In this document: positions 12,827 through 24,680 of the stretch, piece after piece
Numbering within the stretch: the first letter of the stretch is position 1
Layout of the letters: each line of letters begins with the position of its first letter
Source: Macrostomum lignano
Lineage: Eukaryota
Direction: 5' to 3'
Length of the DNA stretch: 64,000 bases
Assembly (NCBI GenBank): GCA_002269645.1
Contig: NIVC01003000.1
Span: forward strand, 62,437-126,436
Notes under the pieces: generated by a model
The model's database searches: none
What the model was told of the DNA's origin: nothing
The model's input: only the letters and a program-made list of their open reading frames with translations
Translations under genes and position numbers: made by a program

Positions 12827-15800
12827 ATGGATGATGTTCCTGGAGGCGTCAGGCGCCCTGACAGGCGTCAGTATTATGCAGACTACAAGCGGCAACGGAT
12901 TGCCACGGAGGACCCTGTGAAGGCAGCTGCGCGTAAGGCACGTGCTGCCAAACACCAGTACCGCTATCAGGCGCGCAAACGGCAGGAAGCTGCAGGCGCA
13001 ATTGCTGTACCTCCCAGTGGTGCGAATGCAGAGCCTGCAACTGAGGACACAGTGTACGACGCAGAGCATTCGGACGAGGAAATTAATCGATTTATCCCAA
13101 GACCTGCCGGCGACACAGTTGGACCCGTCGCTGGTGCAAATGCGACGCCAGCTGGCGACCACGTGCACGGGTGTGGCCAGGGGCATGGGCAACGCGAAGC
13201 ATCGTATGATGCAGACGAAGAGAGCAGCAGCGACATGGAGGATGTGCACGTGCTTGGTGGCGACCCTGCTGACAATTCCACAGATTCTGGAGACTCAGAG
13301 TCAGATGACACTGCGCAGGAACATGACTATGGCGGTCCTGACCGGCAGCAGCCAGTGACTGACGGCAGCCGTCACACATACGGCAGTTTCTGCGTTGCTG
13401 TCCAGATGTTTAAGGTGAATGTCAGTCTGAAATTGTCAATGTCTGTCACGTATGGAATGCGAGTGCCACGAATGCGTCACCTTTTTGCGACTATACAGAC
13501 GCGACACCGACTCACACGATGCGCACTGACGGACCTGCTGCAGCTATTCGAAAGCACCCTGCCTCCTGGCTCCAAGATCCCCACGTCACCCTATCTACTG
13601 CGCAAGGCTCTCGGGGTGAACTGCACACACTACTGCCTGTCCTGCCTGGCTGAAGTCCCGGAGCAGGCCCCCGCCTGTCCATGCTGTGCTGCCGCTCTCA
13701 CAGCTGACCTGCGCGGGACCTACTGGCAGTTGGACATACTGAGCCAAGTGAGACAGTTAATCGAAACGCAGGGACTGCTGCGCAAGGTGGTGTTTCCGGC
13801 TGATCAGTCGGCCACAGAGGAGTCGCTGAGTCGCAGTACCTCCAGCAGATACCAGTATTTCAAGGCCCGTATCGACGTGGCGGCGAAGCAGCATGTCAGC
13901 GGAACGGTGAATATTGACTCTTTCCAGGTCAGTCAACTTTATGGCGTTAAAATCGTTACACTCCGGGCTGCGGCCTATAGTTACAGTCCGATAGTGTGAG
14001 TAACAAAATTAATAATTCGTTGCCATTGTGCAGGTCTTTCAAACAGCCACCTATTCAATTTGCCCGGTGTACCTGAGCATCAACGAGGTGCCCGAACGAC
14101 TGAAAGGAAAATTTTTAATCATCTGCGGGTTCTGGTGTGGACGCCGGAAACTGAATTGCACCGCCTTCCTCCGACTTCTTGTACAGCAGTTAAATATTCT
14201 GCAGTCGCGTGGCGTGGAGTACTCCACTGGTAAATATTTACTCCAACATTGACGGATAAGACGGTCCAAAGAAAAGCATCCGCACTTAGGCTGCGTATTA
14301 AATTTTAGGTGGCGGCCCAGACGGACTTTCCGCCGGTCGTCTGTTCGTGACAATCCTGGTGCTGCTTCTGGATGCACCCCAGCGTGTCGAAGCAACCTGT
14401 CTGCAGCAGTTTAATGCGCTTTTCGGGTGTGACCACTGTTACATCCAGACGGCCCCTGTTCCCGGTGGTGGCGGCCGTTTCTTCCCTCCTGATGTCACGA
14501 ATGTGCACCTCGCCGAAGCGGAACGGCATGGCTGCCAGAACGTAACACGCCGGACTCTGGAGGACACGGTGCACCTCGCCGGTAATAAGGCACCGGCCGC
14601 CAGCAACCTGCTCGGCGTGAAGTCCGTTTCGCCTCTGATCGGACTGGTGCGACAGGGGTTCGACTACATTGTGGACTCGCCGTTCTGCTACTTGCACCAG
14701 ACGCTGGGTGGCGTTAAGTACATCATCTGCCAGTTGTTCAGCCAGATGGACAGAAAGCCAGACAAATATGCAGGTGAGATACAGCTGCGTCTATCGCTAC
14801 AAATCCATCCCACTTACAGTACATATGAAGAATACGCAGTTGGAATCCCCAATAACGGGCTTTCTTACAGTCAATCCTGATCTGCGGCACGACATTCCGA
14901 CCGTGGACGTAATGACGGCCCAGATCCGGGTTCCAAGGGGCTCCATTCAGCGACCTCCCCGCAGTCTCCGGGATCTTCATCACTTCCGCGGGCACGAGTT
15001 TGAAGCGTGGCTGCTGGCATACGGCCCTCTGGTGCTGCCCATGTGTTGCATGGCGAGTATGAGCGATACCTGCAACACTTCCTGTTGCTGTCATCCTCCG
15101 TCTTTTGGCTGACTCTGGAGGGGGCGCCGATGACGGAAGTTGCAGGGACAAGGGCGAACCTGCGCCAGTTCGGCCATCAACTCCACGGCCTGTACTCGCG
15201 ACGCGCCAGTACTTACAATATGCACAAGGTGCTGGAGAGTGTCGTTAAGGGTTTTTAAACAAAGTTGCAGACTTTTGTTCTCACTGTCACCACACGGTCA
15301 TTGAAATTTTTTCCACACAGGTTACTCATCACATGACCGACTATGCCGAAATGTTCGGCCCTATCCACCTGTCAGCGGCGCAATTCGAGGCGCATCATCA
15401 TGCTCTGCTCTCCCAGCTGCACGGCAGCCGGAGCCTCGGCGCTGAGCTGCACGCCGTCATCCAGACGGAGGTCGCCTGTCGGGAACTGCGCGGTAGAGTC
15501 CCGCTTCCTCCTGCTGTCCCTGACAACCGGCAGGAAGTGGATGGGGTGGTTGTGACTCACCCATTGCGACGGACTGACGGGTGCTTCAGACACGCGTTGC
15601 TGCCGAACGGCTTCCGTATTGAGGCCTACTCACCTCGGTTGCGGGCGCGACGCACAGTCTCCAGCTTCGTCGGCATGTTTGCGGACAACTGGTCTCACCC
15701 GAGTGATCGCTCCGCACATGACTTCCTCTTTGCCCGTGTGGAAGCTATTATGCCAAGGGGCCCCCGCGTTATCCTCCGCATCGGACTGCTGCCGGTGGAG

Positions 15801-16018
15801 CCACCGCCTCCACAGCCAATCTTCAGTGGCGCTGCAAGCCAAGACAATGCACCCGGGGATGCTCCTTCCGGCATGTCCGCCGTCTGCGCTGCGACCCCTT
15901 TGGAGAACTTCCGGAGGCAGACATGCGTGAACTGGATGCGCGGCGCATCTTGGGCGCGTGTGTCCTCACAGACACGCACATCGTGCTCTTGTCGCACGCG
16001 CAGGCGTCCCATGCATGA
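12827..16018 (+). CDS. EnSpm/CMC DDE transposase, 5 predicted exons; this copy has two 1-bp frameshifts (~15047, ~15855)
   Basis: RHRLTRCALTDLL..LP..S.Y, CxxC...CxxC, NIDSFQ|VFQTATYSICPVYLSINEVP, LLDAPQR...QFNALFGCDHC, RSL....F...EFEAWLL.Y and YNMHK|V...FGP......FEAHH. GT-AG introns at 13928-14033, 14230-14308, 14774-14870 and 15229-15320 all join in frame. Confidence 0.88.
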
Positions 16019-16576
16019 CAAATTGCGGTGCTGCATGACTGTCTCAATGTCTGTAAACTGACTGTTTTGTAATTAAAATTTGCCTCTGCCGCCGACTGTT
16101 TGAGTTATATGTCTTTTCTTTAAACACTCTTGGATGTCGAATCTTATAAAATCCGCATACAGAAATGAGAAATTTGAATGGTAATCTAGTATGTACACCT
16201 TTTTCTGCATTTGTCTATTGTACATATTTATATTTAATGGAAGCAAACACTGCTTTTCTTTAATATGCCGTGCATAATTTAATTAATTTTGCTCACATTT
16301 CTCCTTCGTTCAGCCAGCGATCCTGCGATGTCAGGTCCCGTTGTAAAAAACATCCGTTTCAGAGCGTCCGTTTTGCGACTTGTCTCGCTAGATTCGATGC
16401 ACTGAATTGATTGCTCTGCTCTGTTCTGTTTGCTCTGTTCCACTGACTGACTCATTGTCTTAGTTGCTTTTGTGAAACTAAAATTCAGTACCCGCGTAAC
16501 GTTCCATTTCCACATTTGTGACCATTCAATCCCCAGCTAAACTACATCCTAGATACATATCAGTACGTTTCCATAT

Positions 16577-18290
16577 ATGTACAGCGACTGCGGTGTTTTG
16601 CCCCCCCCCTTGCAGACGCAGCAGACGAAGACCCAGCGCAGGCCGAGTCAGCGCGCAACAGCGCAGGCTTCTGCAGCAGCAGTAGCAGCAAGCACCAAGC
16701 CGAAGAAGGGCCGCAATGTTAACTCCCAGCCAAAAGTCGCTGTACACGTGGAGAATCCCACTCCTAGCCAGCAACCCATTCTGTGCACATTCTGCGGGTC
16801 CTGGCCCCCCGAGTTCCATTGCGACCGCTGCCCCCCTGTAGGTCAGCATACGTGCGACGGCTGCAATACACAGTTCCATAATCACCCCGACCGACGCAGT
16901 CATCAGCCTGTGCGTCTACACGAAGGTAAGCTCAGAAGATATTGATACCGGGTTAAACATTTGCGAAGTCCAAGTCCACACTGTCTCGGATGCACTACAA
17001 GTCCCCCTCTCCCACGCCCACACAATCCCTCCAGTAATCAATACGGAGCCCGCTGCCCCGTCTGTCTCTGAAGGCGCGGAAAACAGTCAGCCTGCCGCGC
17101 TAGCGACAGTCAACGAAGAAGCTGCCGGCGAAGCTGACGACGCTCCCACAGGTCCGTGCCACCAGTGCAGCTTGCTGGAGGAGCAACTCGGCGAGGCCCG
17201 GACGACCGCCAACCGCCTTGACGCGACGATCGTCGAGCTGCGCGAACAGGTCGCCGAGGCCGCGAGTGCACACCATGCAGAGGTTGCATCTCTCCGGATG
17301 GAGATTGACCACCTGCGGAATGTGTTGGCGGACCGAGACGCCGACCGACACCGTCTGGATTCTGACCTCCTGGCATTGCAGCGCAACGTCGTTGAGTGGG
17401 TGCAGTCCACTCGGCAGCACCTGCAGGGGGACCTGGCACCTCGAAGCGCGCTACAACGCCATCATTGTCTGGAAAATCGTCGTGATGAGGCTGCGGCAAC
17501 CGAGTCTACGTTTTTGTCGCAGCTCTACTCCACGGAGGCGGTGTCGTTCTCTGCTGCCACTGCAGCCGCCACCGTGTCCGCCCAGCCCATGGCCGCCGCT
17601 GCTGCTGTGCATCAGCAGGACCTGGCTGCAGGCGGGGCGAGCGGCACGATGACGCCACTATTGGCCGGCTATAATATCTTGGTAAGGCGTCACACTGATT
17701 TTTTACAAAACCAAGTATTTTTACTTGCAATCACTTCCGTTATTCCGTGTATTTCATTACACTGTCAGGTTCCTGCCCTCACCGCCGTCGTCGTTCGGTC
17801 GGCACTAAGTGACTTCAAGCGGGACCCGGACGCTCACAATCGGAGCCGCCTGATCCGGAAGCTGCTGCAGGCCCTCTTCACCAAAGAGGAGCTGCAAATC
17901 AGCAGCTGGTCCGGCAAGACCCGCCGGCCCGGCGCTGCTAACAGCCCCGAGAAAATGATGCAGGCTCCGTCGGCTGCAAAGCTTGACGTCCTGGCGTCTT
18001 TCCTGTTGACGGAGGCCGGCATTGCTGACTGCAACGACGAGGTCCGGGCCGTGTTTAAGAACATGGCCGACAACAGTCGGCGGGGCTCGCGCCCGAAGGC
18101 TGCTCGTCCTGCCCCTGGAGGTGGCGATACGCAAGCCGAAAAGCGCCCCCGCCATGCAGAGTCTGCTATCACACTGCAATCACGGCCGGCGAATGCGGCG
18201 AATGCGTCTAATCCTGAACCGGCGGCGAATAGGGGATCTGCACCAGTGGTTAATGATGGCTCTGAACCGGCGGCGACTGCGTCTGCCTAA
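16577..18290 (+). CDS. EnSpm accessory gene: B-box zinc finger + CxxC/coiled-coil + C-terminal BEN domain
   Basis: CTFC-x8-CDRC-x7-CDGC-x4-H-x7-H fits a B-box. Heptad coil LEEQLGEARTTANRLDATIVELREQV. RSRLIRKLLQALFTKEELQISSWSGK...SAAKLDVL resembles BEN. GT-AG introns 16926-17034 and 17682-17768 join in frame. True start exon uncertain. Confidence 0.75.
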
Positions 18291-18909
18291 AAACGTATAA
18301 TCTGTGTCAAAATAACATCACAAAAATGGTTACACGTTTTCGTCTTCATGCTGGTTTAAAAGCGCTCTTGCAAGCTAGCTTCAACTCATCCACTGTTTTT
18401 TCAGTTGCAAGTTACTAGTGATTCCCCACAAAATTTGTCCCGGCGAAAAGTTCATTATTGCTGCACCGGGATATCTGTTGAGTTTGACTCAACAGCGCCA
18501 TGCTTTTATTGTTCTTTAGTACTTTGCAATGCATTACAAAAAACAAAAAAATTACATTGTGGCTCTCATTACATTTCCAGCTCCACTGTTTTTGCTGCTC
18601 CAGCTCCACAGCATTTTATTATGTTCCAGTTCAAGATTTACGTTTACAACTTTCTTTGCTGTTTGTATTACTTTCTTGTTACAGCTACGACTTTTATGCA
18701 GCTTGTCTTTTTGCTCAGTCATTTGCCAGCGAATTAATGTTAATGTTAATGTTAAAAAATAATATTTAATTAAATACATACGTTCCTAGTTGTGTTATAA
18801 ATTAAAAAACCAATTAAGGTAACTAGCTAAAAATTTTCAGCCATTATCTCTTACACTTTTGATTATTTTCTACGTACGCTCGTACGGGACGCAGCTAGTA
18901 CAGTGTATT

Positions 18910-19200
18910 CCCGAAGTACCGCGGCGTAAGCAATTACCGGGCAAGGCGTATTTCAAGCGTAGCACTGGCGTATGCCAGGCTGGCAACATGCGTATCTCAA
19001 GCGTACCGCGGGCGTAAGCTTAGCGGGCAAGGCGTATTTCAAGCGTACCGCGAGCGTTAACCCCACCCCAAACCCCAGCTGGTTAGGCGTGCGTGGGCGG
19101 TTTCTAGGCGTATTTTTGGCGGTTTCTGAAAATGTGCCTCAGTTTTACGCCTGTTTTACGCTTCTTTACGCACAACCTGCTATGTTTACGCCAAGTTTAC
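18910..19200. repeat. Right subterminal repeat array of the EnSpm element
   Basis: GGGCAAGGCGTATTTCAAGCGTA occurs twice, with GTACCGCG and GCGTAAGC repeats. Inverted relative to the left array. Confidence 0.75.
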
Positions 19201-19307
19201 GCGAAGCTCCCCCATCCTCCCCATAGCCGCGCACCCCCACCCACCCCTCCCCCGGAGCGTTTTTAAAGCGCATTTTAGGCGTATTTCGCGCTCCGTTTTC
19301 CAGCGGG

Positions 19308-20822
19308 GTCAGCAGGCCTGTCGCTGCTTCCAGGTCTCGCAGGCTGAGGTCGCCATGCGGCCGGAGGTTCCGCTTTCTGAAGGCAAACTGCTTCTGGATT
19401 TGGACACCCGCGTCAAGCAGACGACGGGTGGTTTTCATTGCCTCCCCTCTAACAAAGAGGTCGAGGGGGGAATGTCCAAGAAGGAGTTCATGCCAGCGAA
19501 GGGCGTAGAGGGAGCCGCGCTCATGATAGCTCGACAAGCGCGGCCTTGCACCCTATTTAAAGCCTCAAGAACCCCTTTCACCTCTAGGGCACTGTTCCAA
19601 ATGAAGCCGGCGAAGGAGATGGCCGGTCTAACAATGGCAGTGTAAATCCACCAGAGGCGGCGGGGGTGAGGCCCCAGGTAGCACCGAAAGCTCTGCGGAT
19701 CTGCGCGAGAGTCGCGAGAGCTTTGCGGGCTTTCGTTTGGACGTGCGGGGTCCAGCTCAACCTGTGGTCGAGGGTGACGCCCAGACATCTAGTTTGTTTC
19801 TCCATGGCAACAGGTTTGCCATAGAGGGAGAGCGGTTCGATCCTCCAGTTTCGGCGGCTGGTGAACATGATAGCCACGGTTTTAGACTCAGAGAACCTGA
19901 GGCCGCAGCTATGTGCCCAGCGCTCGGCACGGTGAATGAAGGCTTGAAGGAGGTCCCTGAGGACCGCGGGCGATGGTCCAGCCACAGTGGCGGTAACATC
20001 GTCCGCGTAGCCGACCTTCTGAACAGGGTCCGGATGCGGGCTGCAAAGCAGCTCGTGGTCCGCCCTTCTGGACTTCCACGGAGCGTGAGTGTCCCAGGAG
20101 GTGCGAGGTGGCAGTACGATGGGAGACTATGTACATGATCCAGCGGGTGAGGTGCTCGTGCGTGCCCCGGGATTCCAGGGCTCGCTTAAAGGCTTCAAAG
20201 AGCACATTGTTGAAAGCACCATCAATGTCGAGGAAAAGCGACAGCGCGTATCCACTGCCAAGCACGGCGCGCTCCAGCTTGTCGACAATGGCGTGCAGCG
20301 CACTTTCGATGGAACGTCCAGGACGAAAGGCGTGCTGATTAGGGGAGAGCGGGGAGTTCCTCAGCTCAACGAGGAGAAGGCGCCAGAGCACCAGCCGTTC
20401 CATCAGTTTGAGGAAGAAGGACGTCAGACTGATAGGGCGGTAAGCTTTGGCGGAGTGATAGTCTCCCTTTCCTGGCTTGGGTATGAAGACTACCGTAGCC
20501 TCTTGCCAGGCTTTTGGCACATAACCGAGGGTAATGCTGGCCTTGAAGAGGTTGCAGAGGAGGCCGAGACACCTGTCATTTTTAACTGCCTCATGAAGGA
20601 AGGCAGGATAAATGTTGTCAGGACCCGGGGACTTGAAAGGAGAGAAGGATTTTGCGGCGCGAGCCGTCCTCTCTCTAGTAATGATGGTCGAAGCCAGGAT
20701 CTGTCCGCCCGGAGAGTGGTCCGGTGGGCCTAGCTGCGGTGCGGCACGTGGGAAAGAGCTGGTGAGCATAATGTCCAGCGATTCCCCAGGGTTCTCAGCG
20801 AGCCGGCCGTCCGGTCTTTTAA
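19308..20822 (-). mobile_element. LINE A reverse-transcriptase segment (frameshifted; short deletion at the QG motif)
   Basis: KSPGPDNI, FIPKPGK, YRPISLTS, NQHAF, LFLDIDGAF, KVGYADD, KTVAIMF, CLGVTLD and WIYTAIVRPAI. About 14 codons (QGGVLTPTLWNLVM in LINE B) are absent after KGGP. Confidence 0.93.
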
Positions 20823-21021
20823 CCTCTTCCGAACTGAAGAGGATTTTATTCATCTCCGTTCCGGTCGGATGGTAAGCAGCGCTTACCATAGACTATTCCT
20901 TTCAGCAGAATGGTTTGCTAAGTCTGTGGTCATTCCAGTCTGATAAAAAGACATTGACTATGAATAAGGCCCAAAACTAAGTCTCCATAAACTAACATAG
21001 AAAGTTTTACAGCTGAAGATT

Positions 21022-21451
21022 ATGGCTGCACTCATGGAAGAATTTGAAAGTTTTTCCGATTCGGACTTAATGACGTCCGATGAAGAAGAAGACATCATGT
21101 CAGAGGACGATTATGGTGAGTCGGACGGCCAGAGCACTGCCGAAGAGACGGAAGAGCTGTCTTGGCATTCTGTAGTTGCTGGGCATGACGTGCAAGCGAA
21201 TTTGCACGAGTTTCTAGGGACACCTGGACTGAATCCAGGAATTTGCGTACCTGGTGATGTTGAGCAGGCAACGTCCTTTTTTCTCGGTCTTTTTTTGTCC
21301 AATAGCCTTTTCGAAGACCTGGCAAAATGGACTAATCGAAGAGCCTGGGCGGCGATCCACTCTGTCAATGTCAACGACCTGCCTCGGAGTTTTGCGCAAT
21401 GGAGAGATTGCAGTGCGAATGAAGTAAAGAAAGTGTTAGGAATGTGCCTTT
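21022..21451 (+). pseudogene. piggyBac transposase N-terminal part (copy 1), interrupted by LINE B
   Basis: Acidic N-terminus and FFLGLFLSNSLFEDLAKWTNRRA...WRDCSANEVKKVLGMCL. Continues as YMG...EYWS at 38520. Confidence 0.85.
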
Positions 21452-21738
21452 GCACGCGAAGGCGTATTCAGCATGCCAGTGAAGTATGAGACAGACTAGG
21501 CCCATGGGCTAAGGTCTGCGATGCTTCACGCCTGCCCCTATCTTCAGCAGGTCAAGGCTGGTGGGAGGTCTGCACCCTCTATTTGCCTCTGGCAGCCGCA
21601 GACCCCCCCCCCACGCTGTCTCGCAAGTCGACCCAGGGTACTCGTCCCCGCGTGTGTTCAAGGCAGTCCCTAGGGCTGCTGGACAGACTGGGCTCCGGCG
21701 CTGGCGACCCTATCCAGTGGCTTCGGCCGAATTTGGGT
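21452..21738 (+). ncRNA. HDV-like ribozyme candidate (copy 1)
   Basis: Same sequence as 32609-32895. P1 21452-21458/21649-21655, L3 21639-21645, putative catalytic C21728. Confidence 0.62.
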
Positions 21739-24680
21739 ATGCGGGTCTGGCTCGCCAACCTGCAGGCCGTGGTACTGCTCAACGTACTCTCTAATGCCTA
21801 AGGTGTTGACCGTGCCGATGGGCTGGAAGGCCGGGGAGTAGTCCGGTCGCAAGCGGTCCCCCTCCTGGTGTCGGGCCAGCCTTGAGGGTGCTATTGGCCT
21901 ACTGCCCGGTCAGATGAAGCGGCCGGGTGGGTACCGCGCCCCTTTGAGGGTAGCCCACCAACCTTCTATCATGGCCTTCGAGCCGACTATGGATAAACAA
22001 GCTATTTCTAGGGATGGGGACCCTTCTAAACCCCAACCTCAGTCCGAAGGACCGGCCGGCCCTGCTGGCAGATCCCAACCGACTGATTCAACTGTGGCAA
22101 AGGAAGGACCGGCTGGCTCTGCTGGCAGATCCGACCAGAGCTACCAAACTCAAAATACCCTAAGACCTGCCAGCTCCGCTGGTGGATCTAAGGGAACCGC
22201 GAGCTCTGAGCCTAAAGGACCGGCCAAATCTGGCAGATCCGATGAAGCTCAGCGGGCTCGGCTTGAGCGCAAACGCGCTAAACAACGCGCCAAAAGGCAG
22301 GCCAAGAAGGGAGCTGCGGGGGCCAAAGCGGCGGCGTCCACCATGGATGCTGAAGCGACTGGAGTCCCAAGGCAACCAGGCGGGCCGGCCGGTGGAAGCT
22401 CCAGTAGTTCAGCGGCGGCGCTCCCTGGAGCTGCTGCCGCGGCTGCTGAGGCCGAAACCACGGCGCAACAAATGGCCACTGCCAACAAGGAGGTTCCTTC
22501 GGGAGCTACCTTTGCGGCGAAGGCCAAGGCCAAAATCCCGGGAGTGATCATCCAAGGTCGCGACCAGGACTGGACCACTGATCAGCTTCAAAAAGTGTGG
22601 AGTGCTGTTGACTCCTATCTGATTGAGCTGACTGTCGAGGAGGGAATCTCCATCGGCGTTGAGCGGATGGTGCTGCGAAGCACATTCGTTCTTATTGCTC
22701 CTAGCAGCGAGGAGGACGCTCGGCGGCTGCTCCAGCGGCTACCGACGGTCTCCTTGGATGCTGACCTTGGCGGAGCTCTTTTTCTTCGCGAGGGCCAGCG
22801 TCCAAAGACGATACCCTATGTGGTTTTCGTCCCTGCTAAGAGCACCGCAGCTGGACCAGACGTTATTCGCCGGGTCCTACTGCGTCTGAACCCCGACCTC
22901 CCTGCTAGTGGACTGGTGTATCACCGTAAAGTCCGCAGGGGGGAGACGGGCAACTCAATTGTCCTCGGCCTTTCCAGCACTTGGGCGAGTCGGTACCCTA
23001 ATGGATCCTCTTTCCAGCTGGGTGCCCTCAAGCTCAAGTTGCGCCGAGGAAAGTCTGCCAAAGGGAAGGCTACTGCCAACCCCGGCATCTCCGGCAAGAG
23101 CGGGGCGCAGTCTAAGGCCCAAGGAAAGGCGCAAGCCGATCCCAAAGCCAAAGCTGCATCTCGCCCCTCTGCTAGCAGCAGTTCGGCGACCGCGGTAACG
23201 GCTCCGGCCGAGCCCCGGGAACCAAACCTGCCAGTCGGAGAAGGAGTTGAGGACGAGGCCGGGTCTTCGGAATCCGAGCTCTCCTCGGCCACCTTGGTGG
23301 GGTCTGAAGGTAAAGATGCAGGTGAGGAAGCTTCCTCCATTCTGTCATCGGAGCCTGAGGAGTCTGCTGGGGGGCCGGTGGGGGTGAGGAGGCCATGGAC
23401 GTCGACCAACTCCCATCTCCCAGTCAAGCCCCAGCGGCCTGGGACGAGGACGATCTGTTGTCCAAGTCTCCTTGATGACCCTGGGCTCTAGCCAGATATT
23501 GCATTTAATACAGTATGACTAAGCTCCACGCTGCCAAAGGAGCGACATTCTGTCTGCAAATAAATTTACAGCATTGCGTATCTGCGTCAGTAAATCTGAT
23601 GAAGATTGCTGAGCTGTACAGGCCAGGCCTCATCCTGATCCAGGAACCCTGGATGCGCAACGGTAAGTTGCCCAACATTCCCTCTGGCTACTCTGATTTT
23701 TATGTGTGTGGCCCGGGGAACAGCCGCCCTAGAGCGGCTATCCTCGCTGCTAGCCATCTCCAGGCTTGGCTGAGGACTGATCTCTCTGATGGAGACCTTT
23801 GCGTCATCCAATCTAATCATTTCTCTCCGCGTACGTGTCTTGTTGCCTCGGTTTATATCCCAGGCGACAGAGACCCTGCTCCGAGAGTTTACTGCGCCTT
23901 GCGCAGTACTGCGAGTCCCAGAACGCTGAGCTGTGCTTAGGGGGCGACCTCAACGCGCACCACAAGCACTGGGGCAGCAAAGATACCAACACTAGAGGAG
24001 AGGAGCTTCTGGCCCTCATCTCTAACACAAACCTCATGCTCTGCAACCGCGGCAGCACTCCTACCTTTAATAATGGCAGATGGCCGAGGTCCTCGACGCC
24101 ACACTCGTTACCCCAAGACTCTTTGACAGAGTCAAGGAGTGGAGAGTCTGGTCTGAGGAGCCCTCCCTGTCTGACCACTGCTTTATTGCCTTTAATATCG
24201 CGGACACTAAAACCCAGTCTCCGATCACTTGGAGACGCAATATCCGCAACACTGATTGGGCGGCCTACAAGGCTGCCCTTGATCTGCACCTGCAGGAACT
24301 CACGGACTTACGTCCGATTGAGACCTGCGAGGATGTGGATCATATGGCTGAGACGCTGACAGGTTGCATTATTGCAGCCTACGAAGCGGCTTGTCCAGCT
24401 CGCGCCTACAGAGGCAAGACCTCGGCGCCGTGGTGGAACCCGGAGCTGGGGAAACTCAGGCGGAAGGCCAAAAGCCTTCATCGCCGTGCCATGAAGACCG
24501 GAAACCCGGAGGACATGGAGCTTTTCCGGCAAGCCTCCCGCAATTTCAAATCTGAAGTGCGCAAGGCCAAGGAATGTAAGTGGCGCCAATTCTGCAATGA
24601 ATTGGATCAAGACAGACCTACTTCTAGGCTTGTCAAGGCCCTTACAATGGACAAAATGTCCAAATTAGCCATGATCAAAA
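21452..24680 (+). mobile_element. LINE B, 5' half (duplicated copy 1: 5'UTR, ORF1 from 21971, endonuclease), cut at the duplication junction
   Basis: Near-identical to 32609-35838. Ends at ...ATGATCAAAA, joined directly to EnSpm transposase sequence. Confidence 0.92.

Larger units (their letters stand above)
10216..19307 (+). mobile_element. EnSpm/CACTA (CMC superfamily) DNA transposon, 9092 bp, complete ends
   Basis: TIR CCCGCTGGAAAA at 10216-10227 and TTTTCCAGCGGG at 19296-19307 (16/18 when extended). 3-bp TSD GTC at 10213-10215 and 19308-19310. Removing the element and one TSD restores the LINE A frame (EAATGLLT|LSDGIPSTL). Confidence 0.92.

Noticed and set aside
18880-18910. TACAGTG as a CACTG-type or Tc1-type terminus
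   Set aside because: No partner inverted copy was found. It lies inside the EnSpm subterminal region, whose real TIR and TSD are at 19296-19310.
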